Below, in pieces: positions 1-9,592 of a stretch of DNA of 41,695 bases. The DNA is taken from the NCBI RefSeq assembly GCF_001194135.2, contig NC_068985.1, positions 45,181,614-45,223,308 on the forward strand. The letters are read 5' to 3'. The position numbers and the translations under genes were made by a program. The notes beneath the pieces were generated by a model. That model was not told the DNA's origin. It searched no databases and saw nothing but the letters and a program-made list of their open reading frames with translations. This stretch comes from Octopus bimaculoides (lineage: Eukaryota). Each line of letters opens with the position of its first letter. The first letter of the stretch is position 1.

Positions 1-44
<44 letters not shown>
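1..44. repeat. (TG)n microsatellite
   Basis: Perfect TG run at the window start. Confidence 0.98.
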
Positions 45-47
<3 letters not shown>

Positions 48-73
48 CTGCTTGTGTATGCTTGCGTGTGTGT

Positions 74-124
74 GTTCAGTCTGATGATGGCTAGCTAACC
101 GAAGTTTCGAAGTCACTGACGAAC
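74..124 (+). ncRNA. Type I hammerhead ribozyme-like motif (degenerate at 15.1)
   Basis: Stem I TCAGT(76-80)/ACTGA(115-119), extendable by GT/AC across a 3-nt bulge. Core CTGATGA (81-87) plus extra T. Stem II GGCTA/TAACC with one mismatch. GAAG in place of GAAA. Near-palindromic stem III GTTTCGAAGT. GTC triplet at 112-114. Confidence 0.7.
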
Positions 125-249
125 GTCATTTTTTTATTTGCGAAAATTAATATGTTCCCTACTGAAATGTATTCAATAGGAAATTGTTTTTACATATAAC
201 TTGACATAAAAACCCACATTTGTGTATATATAATTTATATATATAATAC

Positions 250-280
250 AGATTTCAAATTTTGGCACAAGACCAGCTTT
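250..280 (-). mobile_element. Isolated 3' tail fragment of SINE family A
   Basis: tttcaaattttggcacaag is the reverse complement of the tail cttgtgccaaaatttgaaa seen at about 36855-36873. Confidence 0.5.
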
Positions 281-498
281 TTACACACACATATATATAA
301 TATTAATAACTATGTATACATTTGCGCAAACACATGTATGCATATATATGTAAATATACATGCACGTTTGCATATGGGTGCGTATATGTATGTATGAATA
401 GATGTACTTATAGTATGCGTATATATGCGTAAGTATTACCATTAGGAAGCTTTACATAAAATATGCCAACAACATTCGAATTTCTATTACATGACTAA

Positions 499-600
499 TT
501 CGCCACTCGAGTTTCTCTACGGCATTGTTTCATCAAGTGTTGTAAGATCCTCTATAATTGCCCCTCTAGATAATGAAATCTCGAGTGTACAATTGGCGAA
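499..600. repeat. Small imperfect inverted repeat, possible MITE remnant
   Basis: Left ttcgcca-ctcgag versus right ctcgag-tgtacaat-tggcgaa. The arms match apart from an 8-nt indel. Confidence 0.35.
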
Positions 601-1116
601 AACATAATGAATACGAACGATAGCTGCAAACGATTCTCAAAGCATTAGAAAGCTAAATAATAACTAAAGATGAACAATTCTGTCAACTTCTCTAAAATCT
701 CTTTGGGTCTGAAAACAAAGAGAATTCATTAGCAACACAATAAGCTGTGAAAGAAATATCTTAAGTGCCATGATGGAAGGGGAGTGATCGGTGGGGGTTT
801 TTCTGCTTGATCGTGCATTGCGGTTAACCATTAAACTGTGGTCAGCCAACAAGAACGCCGGGAGGTTGTCTGAGACATGGTTAAAAGACCTGGAATTAAT
901 TGCATAAGGTCAGGAATCTTTAATTTTAGTTGATATGTGTAATTAATTCTTTAAACAGAAAACCGCCAAAGGTATACGATAAATAACGAAGCGAAAATCA
1001 AATGTGTCCTTCAGTGGAGTTTCTATAAAGGAACATCAAGAAGTTGGTCAATTCCAATTGTCTTTAACCGCAGATGTAACTCAGGGGGTAACTATAGGAA
1101 AAAATTAGAGCAGACA

Positions 1117-1300
1117 TGGTTGTTGTTGTAGTAATAGTAGTTGTTTTTGTTGGTGTAGTAGTAGTAGTATTAGTAGTAGTAGTAGTTGTAGTAGTTGTAG
1201 TAGTAGTAGTAGTACTAATAGTCGTAGTAGTTATCGTTGTTGTTCCTGCTGCTGTTCTTGTTCTTATTCTCGTCGCCGTGGTCATCGTCTTAGTTGCTGT
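1117..1300. repeat. Degenerate (GTA/GTT/GTC)n trinucleotide array
   Basis: Visible repeat; explains the poly-V and poly-T ORFs. Confidence 0.92.
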
Positions 1301-1828
1301 TTAGTACCAAACCAACTCTCTTCGAGCAGAGTAATAATGAAGGCCATTCCGGCTGTGGCCATCTCATCTTTTGTCTTGCCGCATATTACACGCAACAGCA
1401 CGATCCCCTTCTACGGCTGTAGAATGTAAGTTCACAGAAATTTGACTGCTATTTCCAGCATGTGGGCTGACTATTATGTAGACTCTTTCACCGAATCCAA
1501 ATACGGTTGTTACGTATGCCTGTCTGAAATGTAGATATTAACAGATAGAACTATATTTTGTCGCTTAGTGCCAAACTTTTGTATGGAGGCGGTGCTAGGT
1601 TTTATTTTATAAAAATCTTCCTTATAAATACTCTGGTTTTTTTTGTAAAAGAAAAGTACTTTGGATAATATAATCTATGATACAGTGTATCACAAACTAA
1701 ACACGAATGGATTAATTGGTCATAGTCTAAACATCTGTTTCCAGCTGTATTCGATTATGGCTGACCATAATCGAACATTAGCAACAACAATTTATGATAG
1801 ACATGAACACATGGAATAACATTATATT

Positions 1829-1968
1829 CAGTAATACCTCACTTCACGAGGACCCGCTTTACGAGACCTAGAGTTTACGAGTTTTATGAGTTTTATTTTA
1901 TGTTTACGAGTTTTCGCTTTACGAGCGTTCTCCTGGAACGAATTAACTCGTTTATCGAAACATTACCG
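1829..1968. mobile_element. Tigger/pogo-like MITE (about 140 bp)
   Basis: Left end cagtaatacctcacttcacgag versus reverse complement of the right end cggtaatgtttcgataaacgag. TA follows at 1969-1970. Internal tttacgag repeats. Confidence 0.65.
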
Positions 1969-2016
1969 TATAACATAATATATGATATAATATATTATAT
2001 TATATCATATATTTGG

Positions 2017-2722
2017 AAGCCTGCATTATGCTACTTTTCGTCACAAAAATGAATCATTTTTTAATCGAATTGTAACATGTGATGAGAAATGAATCCAATG
2101 CAACAACCGTAAATGTTCGGCACAATGACTGGACAAAGACGAGCCACCAAAACACAGTCCAAAAAGCAAAATTCATCAAAAGAAGCTGATGGTGTGTGTT
2201 TGATGGTCTGGTGCAGGTGTGATCCATTATGATTTCATTACCTGGCTCGTCAATCACGGCCAAAGTATACTGCAGCCAACTGGACCAAATGATGCAGAAA
2301 CATACAGAAACAAAAAAAAAAACACCCTGGATTAGTCAACATATCTATTCCTATTTTATTGCAAGACGACGCCAGATCACAAATCGCAAAAATGACATTG
2401 GCGAAACTACAAGAGTTGGAGTTACAAGTTCTCCATCATCCACCATACTCCCTTGATCTTACCCCCACTGACCACCACTTCTTCCAGAATTTGGATAACT
2501 TTTTGATATGAAAAAATTTTAGTTCCGACGATGCTGTAAAACATGCCTTCCAAGATTTTATTGACTCTAGATTGCCAAGCTTTCACAGTTCCGGGCTGGA
2601 CAAGCTACCGCTGAAATGGCAAAAGTGTATTGACAATATGGGTGCATACTTTGAGGAATAAAACTATCCCTTCTATTTATAAAACATTAACAAACTTTTT
2701 TTCCTTTTTACCTGATGACCTA

Positions 2723-2723
<1 letters not shown>
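2017..2723 (+). mobile_element. Decayed mariner (D,D34D) transposase 3' half with right terminal end
   Basis: Translated pieces FFNRIVTCDEK*, LQDDARSQIAKMTLAKLQEL, HPPYSLDLTPTDHHFF, LPLKWQKCIDNMGAYFEE*, with stops and frameshifts. Ends ...gatgacctaa followed by TA at 2724-2725. Confidence 0.92.
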
Positions 2724-2756
<33 letters not shown>

Positions 2757-2758
2757 GT

Positions 2759-3213
2759 NNNNNNNNNNNNNNNNNNNNNNNNNNNNNNNNNNNNNNNNNN
2801 NNNNNNNNNNNNNNNNNNNNNNNNNNNNNNNNNNNNNNNNNNNNNNNNNNNNNNNNNNNNNNNNNNNNNNNNNNNNNNNNNNNNNNNNNNNNNNNNNNNN
2901 NNNNNNNNNNNNNNNNNNNNNNNNNNNNNNNNNNNNNNNNNNNNNNNNNNNNNNNNNNNNNNNNNNNNNNNNNNNNNNNNNNNNNNNNNNNNNNNNNNNN
3001 NNNNNNNNNNNNNNNNNNNNNNNNNNNNNNNNNNNNNNNNNNNNNNNNNNNNNNNNNNNNNNNNNNNNNNNNNNNNNNNNNNNNNNNNNNNNNNNNNNNN
3101 NNNNNNNNNNNNNNNNNNNNNNNNNNNNNNNNNNNNNNNNNNNNNNNNNNNNNNNNNNNNNNNNNNNNNNNNNNNNNNNNNNNNNNNNNNNNNNNNNNNN
3201 NNNNNNNNNNNNN
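2759..3213. other. Assembly gap (N run)
   Basis: N run preceded by (TA)n. Confidence 0.99.
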
Positions 3214-3417
3214 AACATGTACAGCAAAATAAAAATACGAAGCACGAGTATATGGAACATGAACTATTCTTTCGAACAACGAAAGACACAAATGTTAAAC
3301 AAAACAAACAACATAAAGAACGACCCTTCATCAGTTGTTGGCTGTTTTTCTAAGCCTCCATGCTTGATCGCTAAATCCACAAGTTTTTTATTCTCTCTTT
3401 ATTTATTTTCTCTTATT

Positions 3418-3455
3418 TCTTTCTGTTGAAAAGCGTAGGCTCGAAACGTAAAAGA
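3418..3455 (+). ncRNA. Minimal type I hammerhead-like motif, variant core CTGTTGA
   Basis: Stem I TCTTT(3418-3422)/AAAGA(3451-3455). Core CTGTTGA plus extra A. Stem II (A)AGC-GTAG-GCT(C). GAAA at 3443-3446. Palindromic stem III ACGT. GTA triplet at 3448-3450. Confidence 0.6.
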
Positions 3456-3654
3456 CTTTCTCACTTTCCCGAGCGTCAAACTAATACACCCGCTTGTTGT
3501 TCATACACCTGTCTTCGTCTCTTGCTATTCTGTGAATTTCAACTGTATATATATAAATAAATACATCGGAGTAAGCACGTGGAAAAAAGAGTACTCAAAT
3601 ACCAGAGGTAGAGTAATATGCTTTATTTAAAAGCAACAGAAATATAACAAAAGC

Positions 3655-3692
3655 TGTTACTCAGAGTTTCACGTTCACGTTCGTTGGAGAGT
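3655..3692 (-). ncRNA. Hammerhead-like motif (left arm, G5 mutated)
   Basis: Minus strand reads CTCT-CCAACGA-ACG-TGAA-CGT-GAAACTCTGAGTA-ACAG. Stem III ACTC-T-GAGT is palindromic around one base. Confidence 0.45.
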
Positions 3693-3726
3693 CCGACGAA
3701 CGGGAACGTGAAACTATGAGTAACAG
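3689..3726 (+). ncRNA. Hammerhead-like motif, variant core CCGACGA (right arm)
   Basis: CCGACGA (3693-3699), stem II ACG-GGAA-CGT, GAAAC, stem III ACT/AGT, GTA triplet at 3720-3722, then ACAG. Stem I is reduced to 2 bp by the inversion junction. Confidence 0.55.
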
Positions 3727-4087
3727 CTTTTGTTATATTTCTGCTGCTTTTAAATAAAGTATACAAATACATATATATACACATGTGTGTCTGTGTCTCT
3801 TGGTCCTGTCCTATAAAACTTATAAAGCCTTGCTAGATATCTTGTGTTATCGTTGAAGTGAATTTTAAAATGGCGTGTCAGTTGTGATTTATATTTTCTT
3901 ACCTGGCCACATCCATCGCAAGAATACTAAAGTCTATTTTCTCTACATTTCACCTTTTTAACATTCATCTTATTATCGCGTACCATTACTCGTTAGTTCC
4001 CAAATAAAACTAAATTCGCTACCATTGCTTGCCCTTCTCCAATTTGGTATGACGTGACAGAATCCCAGTCTTCCGTTGGTCTATTAC

Positions 4088-4302
4088 GCTTTACTCTTTT
4101 ACTTGCTTTAGTCATTTGACTGTGGCCATGCTGGAGCACCGCCTTTAGTCGAGCAAATCGACCCCAGGACTTATTCTATTTAAGCATAGTACTTATTCTA
4201 TCGGTCTCTTTTGCCGAATCGCTAAGTTACGGGGACGTAAACACACCAGCATCGGTTGTCAAGCGATGTTGGGAGACAAACACAGACACACACACACACA
4301 CA
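4088..4302 (-). mobile_element. SINE family B, 3' half
   Basis: Near-identical to 17843-18025. Tail GGCGGTGCTCCAGCATGGCCACAGTCAAATGACT. Runs into a CA repeat and the gap. Confidence 0.85.
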
Positions 4303-5036
4303 NNNNNNNNNNNNNNNNNNNNNNNNNNNNNNNNNNNNNNNNNNNNNNNNNNNNNNNNNNNNNNNNNNNNNNNNNNNNNNNNNNNNNNNNNNNNNNNNNN
4401 NNNNNNNNNNNNNNNNNNNNNNNNNNNNNNNNNNNNNNNNNNNNNNNNNNNNNNNNNNNNNNNNNNNNNNNNNNNNNNNNNNNNNNNNNNNNNNNNNNNN
4501 NNNNNNNNNNNNNNNNNNNNNNNNNNNNNNNNNNNNNNNNNNNNNNNNNNNNNNNNNNNNNNNNNNNNNNNNNNNNNNNNNNNNNNNNNNNNNNNNNNNN
4601 NNNNNNNNNNNNNNNNNNNNNNNNNNNNNNNNNNNNNNNNNNNNNNNNNNNNNNNNNNNNNNNNNNNNNNNNNNNNNNNNNNNNNNNNNNNNNNNNNNNN
4701 NNNNNNNNNNNNNNNNNNNNNNNNNNNNNNNNNNNNNNNNNNNNNNNNNNNNNNNNNNNNNNNNNNNNNNNNNNNNNNNNNNNNNNNNNNNNNNNNNNNN
4801 NNNNNNNNNNNNNNNNNNNNNNNNNNNNNNNNNNNNNNNNNNNNNNNNNNNNNNNNNNNNNNNNNNNNNNNNNNNNNNNNNNNNNNNNNNNNNNNNNNNN
4901 NNNNNNNNNNNNNNNNNNNNNNNNNNNNNNNNNNNNNNNNNNNNNNNNNNNNNNNNNNNNNNNNNNNNNNNNNNNNNNNNNNNNNNNNNNNNNNNNNNNN
5001 NNNNNNNNNNNNNNNNNNNNNNNNNNNNNNNNNNNN
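4303..5036. other. Assembly gap (N run)
   Basis: N run flanked by CA and TA repeats. Confidence 0.99.
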
Positions 5037-5251
5037 ATATATATATATATATATATATACATATATTTATATATACATAGATATTTACATTTATATGTAT
5101 ACATACATTTATATATATATTCATATATATATACATGTATATGTATGCATACATATATACATGCATGTATATGTATTACATGTATACATACATATATACA
5201 TGCATGTATATGTATTACATGTATACATACATATATGCATGCATATGTATT

Positions 5252-5316
<65 letters not shown>

Positions 5317-5344
5317 ATGTAAGTTTATATATTTATACACACAC
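5037..5344. repeat. Compound TA/TACA microsatellite
   Basis: Visible repeat. Confidence 0.92.
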
Positions 5345-5480
5345 AATGGGCTTCTTTCAGTTTCGGTCCGCAAGATCCACTCACAAGTCTTTGGTCGGCC
5401 TTGTGAGTGGATTTGGTGTTGAACCCAAGACTGCATGATTGAGATGCAATCTTCTTCACCATACCGCTACGCATGCGCCT
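5345..5480 (-). mobile_element. SINE family B, 5' half with rearranged CORE region
   Basis: Matches 18050-18208 except that the central segment is replaced by a short inverted copy of adjacent sequence. Confidence 0.75.
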
Positions 5481-6109
5481 TTAAGAAATATCTTCAAATT
5501 CTGAAACAATTTTCATCGCCGTAAACAGAATTCTGTTTATCTGGTGATCAGGGAATAATACCGGGAGTAGCAAATGCTCTGCCAGAATGAAAGGATCGAT
5601 ATTGTCTTTTCTGTATACACAAACATACACTTCCACGCACACGGAAATATCCGTGTGGGAGACACGCAGAAAATATTTACGCTAAATATTCTGCAAAACA
5701 AATTAATATTATTTGTGCATATATCACGCACGCATATAGTCATTCGTACATGTGAATATAACGGACACACACACGTACAGAGACACACGCACATACACAT
5801 CTCTCGTATGCCCATGCGTGTATTCATATACGTGAGAGTGCACAATGCATATATGTATGGGCGTACGAATGTTTGTGTCCATGAGTATATGTGTGCGTGA
5901 TGTATACGGATCGTGTGTTTTACTGATTTTTGCCTAAAGTGGTTTCTGCAAGTATCCCACACACATCATTTTGCGTGTACTGCACGGTATATGCATTTAT
6001 TCTAAAAACAACAACAAAAGAAAAAAGATGCAGTCACCTTCATGCTTCGTGATCGATTACATTTGCTGCTTAGAAAATCATTTCTGCTTCTGCCACTTCT
6101 AAGTCTCAC

Positions 6110-6182
6110 CGAGACGGAATTCAGATATGTTGTAGACACGAGATTTGTGCTGCCCAAATGAAAATAGTACAACGTCCACCAT
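6110..6182 (-). CDS. Candidate first coding exon (MVDVVLFSFGQHKSRVYNISEFRL), product unrecognised
   Basis: Start context gccaaaATGG, 73 nt open, ends at G|GTGAGA donor-like site. Non-repetitive island with an initiator-like TCAGTC about 25 nt upstream. No downstream exon identified. Confidence 0.28.
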
Positions 6183-6349
6183 TTTGGCTTCTGTCAGCGA
6201 GAACTGACTGAAAAACGCGACAAGGTTCTCTCTTTTTTTTTTTTTTTTTCTGTCGGTACCTCAGGTAGCAATATAACTTCTTACTGCACATAACTAAGCC
6301 CTTTACGCTCTAATTCTGCTGCTGCATAGCCTTTCAGCTGTTAGTTAAT

Positions 6350-6770
6350 ACTTATGTGTATCTGTGTATACAAACATACATACACACACATATATATATA
6401 TATGTGTGTGTGCTTGTATACAAATATACATACAAACACACACATATATGCATATGTGTGTGTGAATGCGTGTAATATATATTGATGGACATACAAAATT
6501 AGGACTTAATAAAATCACACATGCCCGTACGCACTCACGTATGTACATGCTCACACACACACACACACACACACAAACATACACCACACACACACAAACA
6601 TACACCACACACACACACACAAACATACACCACATACACACACAAACATACACCACACACACACACAAACATACACCACACACACACACAAACATACACC
6701 ACATACACACACAAACATACACCACACACACACACATACACGCATGCACATACGCACGCAAAGATACATA
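6350..6770. repeat. CA-rich microsatellite and minisatellite (unit about acacaaacatacaccac)
   Basis: About 7 imperfect copies at 6570-6740 within CA/TA repeats. Confidence 0.9.
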
Positions 6771-7289
6771 ACGAAATGCAAATAATGAAAGGCACGTAAA
6801 GTGTCGTACCATTCCCTGCAAAAGACAAAAATTTATGCCAAAGTAATCACGTACTCCTAACATAAACACATTGAAGCAGCAATAGATACTTAAACATGTC
6901 TACACTCAAATAATACACACAGTGAAAACATATAAATACATACATATACATACATAAACATATATACACATACATACGCACATAAATTCTTGTGTATACG
7001 CAAACGCATACGTGGCTGCCTCTGGGTGAAAGAAATCTGTAGAATACGTCTTGCATGTAAAAAGCAAGCGTGTAAATGGCAGTTATGAAGACATCATGTG
7101 GAACGTTTCAAAACTATAGAGCTGGAAGACATAACTAAAACACAAGAGGTTTGGCCCAAAACGCTTAAATGGTCTTCGGTTTAGTTCGTGAAATCGCAGA
7201 CCAGCGGGCATAAATTATTGCATATTAAACGTGTCTTGGTCAATGTGAAAAAGTACATCAGAGTCTCACAGGAATATTCAATTTATACC

Positions 7290-7357
7290 AAAATAGCAAA
7301 ATAAAATAAAATAAGATAAAATAGAATAAAATAAAGTAAAATAAAATAAAATAAAAT
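7290..7357. repeat. (AAAAT)n pentanucleotide repeat
   Basis: Visible imperfect repeat. Confidence 0.9.
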
Positions 7358-7439
7358 GTACACGCATCTAACACATACAACAACTATAAAAAAGAATACT
7401 TTTGTGTCTCCACATCTACTGCTCTCACTACTCCAGTTA

Positions 7440-7578
7440 CTACTAATACAACTATAACAACCACCACCACCACCACCACTACTACTACTACTGATAATGA
7501 TGATGATGTTGATATTTTTAAGTTTTATATTTATGTTTTTGTTTCGTTAAAATAATAATGGAAAGGATCATCATCATT

Positions 7579-7665
<87 letters not shown>

Positions 7666-7716
7666 GTTATTATTATTATTGTTATAATAATATTAATAAT
7701 AATAATAATAATAATA

Positions 7717-7745
<29 letters not shown>
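7440..7745. repeat. Compound trinucleotide array (ACC, ACT, ATG, ATC, ATT, AAT, ATT)
   Basis: Visible consecutive blocks. Confidence 0.95.
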
Positions 7746-7747
<2 letters not shown>

Positions 7748-7814
7748 TTGACTTTTGCTTTGTATTTGTACAAATTGGCACCAAATCTTACCCAGAGACC
7801 TCAAGAGACAAGTT

Positions 7815-7908
7815 TCTTCTTCTTCTTCTTCTTCTTCTTCTTCTTCTTCTTCTTCTTCTTCTTCTTCTTCTTCTTCTTCTTCTTCTTCTTCTTCTTCTTC
7901 TTCTTCTT
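7815..7908. repeat. (CTT)n perfect microsatellite, about 31 units
   Basis: Visible repeat. Confidence 0.97.
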
Positions 7909-7936
7909 GTAGTTGTTATTATTATCTTTATTATCA

Positions 7937-8150
7937 AAGCGGCGAGCTGGCATAAGCGTTCGCATGCCGGACAAAATACTTAGCGACATTCCGTCCGTCT
8001 TTAGGTTCTCAGTTCAGATTCCGTCGAGGTCCGATTTCCCTTTCATCCTTTCAGGGTCAATCAAATAAGTGTCATTCAAGTATTGCGGTCGATGTGATCG
8101 ACTAGTCCTCTCCCGCCAAATCCCAGACCTTGTGCCTTTAGTAGAAAGGA
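7937..8150 (+). mobile_element. tRNA-derived SINE family A
   Basis: Head gcggcgagctggc, B-box-like gttcagattcc, central ctttcatcctttcagggtc, tail cttgtgcctttagtagaaagg followed by (ATC)n/(AAC)n. Confidence 0.85.
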
Positions 8151-8213
8151 TCATCATCATCATCATCATTACCATCTACAACAACAGCAACACCAGCAAC
8201 AACGACGACGGCG

Positions 8214-8252
<39 letters not shown>

Positions 8253-8489
8253 GCAGGTACAAAAGAGAAGTACAACTCGTTTAGGAGAATTGTAACTGTC
8301 GCATTAGTGCAATGTAGATAGTTTTATTTGTCTTACCTTTGGACAAGACATTTATTGGGCTGAGCAAGTGCGTCACAGAACACGACTCGTCTCTGTTCTA
8401 TAGGAAAATATCAGATCTGCTATGATGATCACTATAAACAAATTATTTGGCTCTGAACCGTAAAGAAAATCTGTAGAGGTAAACTTATA

Positions 8490-9475
8490 CAGCCAGCCAC
8501 ACTTACTAGCTATGCCAACGATACAAAAGCAAAATAAGCAACCAAGGAACTTTCTAATGGTAACATTCTATAGAAAGACTGAGATGCCATATATAAACGG
8601 GCTGAAGAAAACAACATAGAATCTAATGCAGGCAGATTCTAAGCCCTCCGTTCCTAGCTAATTGGTGCTCACATGATGCAACAATGATACCTTGGATCAA
8701 AATGAGTGGCAATCCCAGAGTCACGTACAGTACGCGGGCTGAGGATTGATATGAATAACGATGCCTCGTTTCAGGTACATATCGCGAAGATGGTGGCAAA
8801 GTGTAGGCGAATGGCCGGATGGAATGTGAGAACCTTCAGAACAGAGGATCAGAAAACCATGCTGGTTCTTTAGAGGACATTTGTACTCAGCCGTCTCGAC
8901 TACTTCTCTCAACTGTGGTCACGCTACAGTGTCAAATTAATAGCAGAACTTGAGACAGTTCAGTGATGCTGCGCCAGGAAGATTGCATCAATGGTACAGC
9001 TGAGCTACTAGTGGAGCGAAAACGAGAGAAGTATACAGTGATATACATATGGAAGATCTTGGAGGGGCTGGCACCAAACTTTGGTTTTGAGAGCTATACC
9101 AGCCCGCGAACTGCACATCACTGCTCTGTTCCAAATGTCCCTGCTATCGCGTCTAGAGTAGGGACCATGTACTGTAATAACTTGGGTTCCAAGGGCTCTC
9201 AGCTATTTAACGCATTGGCAAAACATCTGAGGGATCTTCATGGAGTAGGGGTAGATTTTTCAAGAAATAACTTGACCTCCTGCTGTTCAAGGTCCCAAAT
9301 GAACCTATATCAAGACAAGAAATTCAAAAGAGGGCAACAGTAACGAACGCCCTCCTTAACCAAAAGCCAATCACATAAGATTGGCTATTGAAACGGTGAA
9401 ATACATCAGCGGTACTCTAGCATGGCCGCAACCGAAGGGCTGAAACGCATACAAGAATAAAAGAAAGAATAAAAT
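8490..9475 (+). mobile_element. Decayed CR1/L2-group LINE, RT C-terminus to 3' tail
   Basis: TLTSYANDTK (YADD-like, 8499-8528), WAEENN-like segment, ERKREKYTVIYIWKILEGLAPN, GSQLFNALAKHLRDL. 3' hairpin and A-rich tail at 9409-9475. Confidence 0.85.
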
Positions 9476-9490
9476 AATATATATATATAC

Positions 9491-9592
9491 TTTCGATTAG
9501 AGGTTGCCGAGCCGCTAGGTTACGGGGACGCAGACACACCAACACCGGTTGTCTAGCGATGGTGGAGATACAAACGCAAACACATAGACCGA
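9491..9592 (-). mobile_element. SINE family B internal fragment
   Basis: gccgagccgctaggttacggggacgcagacacacc matches 4213-4290. Confidence 0.75.

Larger units (their letters stand above)
3621..3759. repeat. Near-perfect inverted repeat, 68-bp arms, 3-nt spacer; probable Penelope-like pseudo-LTR end in head-to-head orientation
   Basis: 3621-3688 pairs with 3692-3759 with 3 mismatches and 1 G-T; extends to 3617/3763. Each arm carries a hammerhead-like motif followed by AATAAA. Confidence 0.9.

Noticed and set aside
664-1110. Unique-looking sequence with a 62-aa minus-strand ORF, a possible exon 2 for the 6110 donor
   Set aside because: The phase-1 frame after the best acceptor (ttttcag) stops after 5 codons, and no protein family was recognised.
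2711-2720. CTGATGA near the mariner end
   Set aside because: Part of the transposon terminus; no stem II or GAAA follows.
3254-3341. Minus-strand CTGATGA...GAAA with partial stem I (AACA/TGTT)
   Set aside because: The 53-nt stem II region has only weak G-U pairing and stem III is poor. It could be a very decayed hammerhead but is not supportable.
7937-8010. tRNA genes suggested by A/B-box-like motifs
   Set aside because: These are SINE heads continuing into shared SINE bodies; no cloverleaf can be folded.
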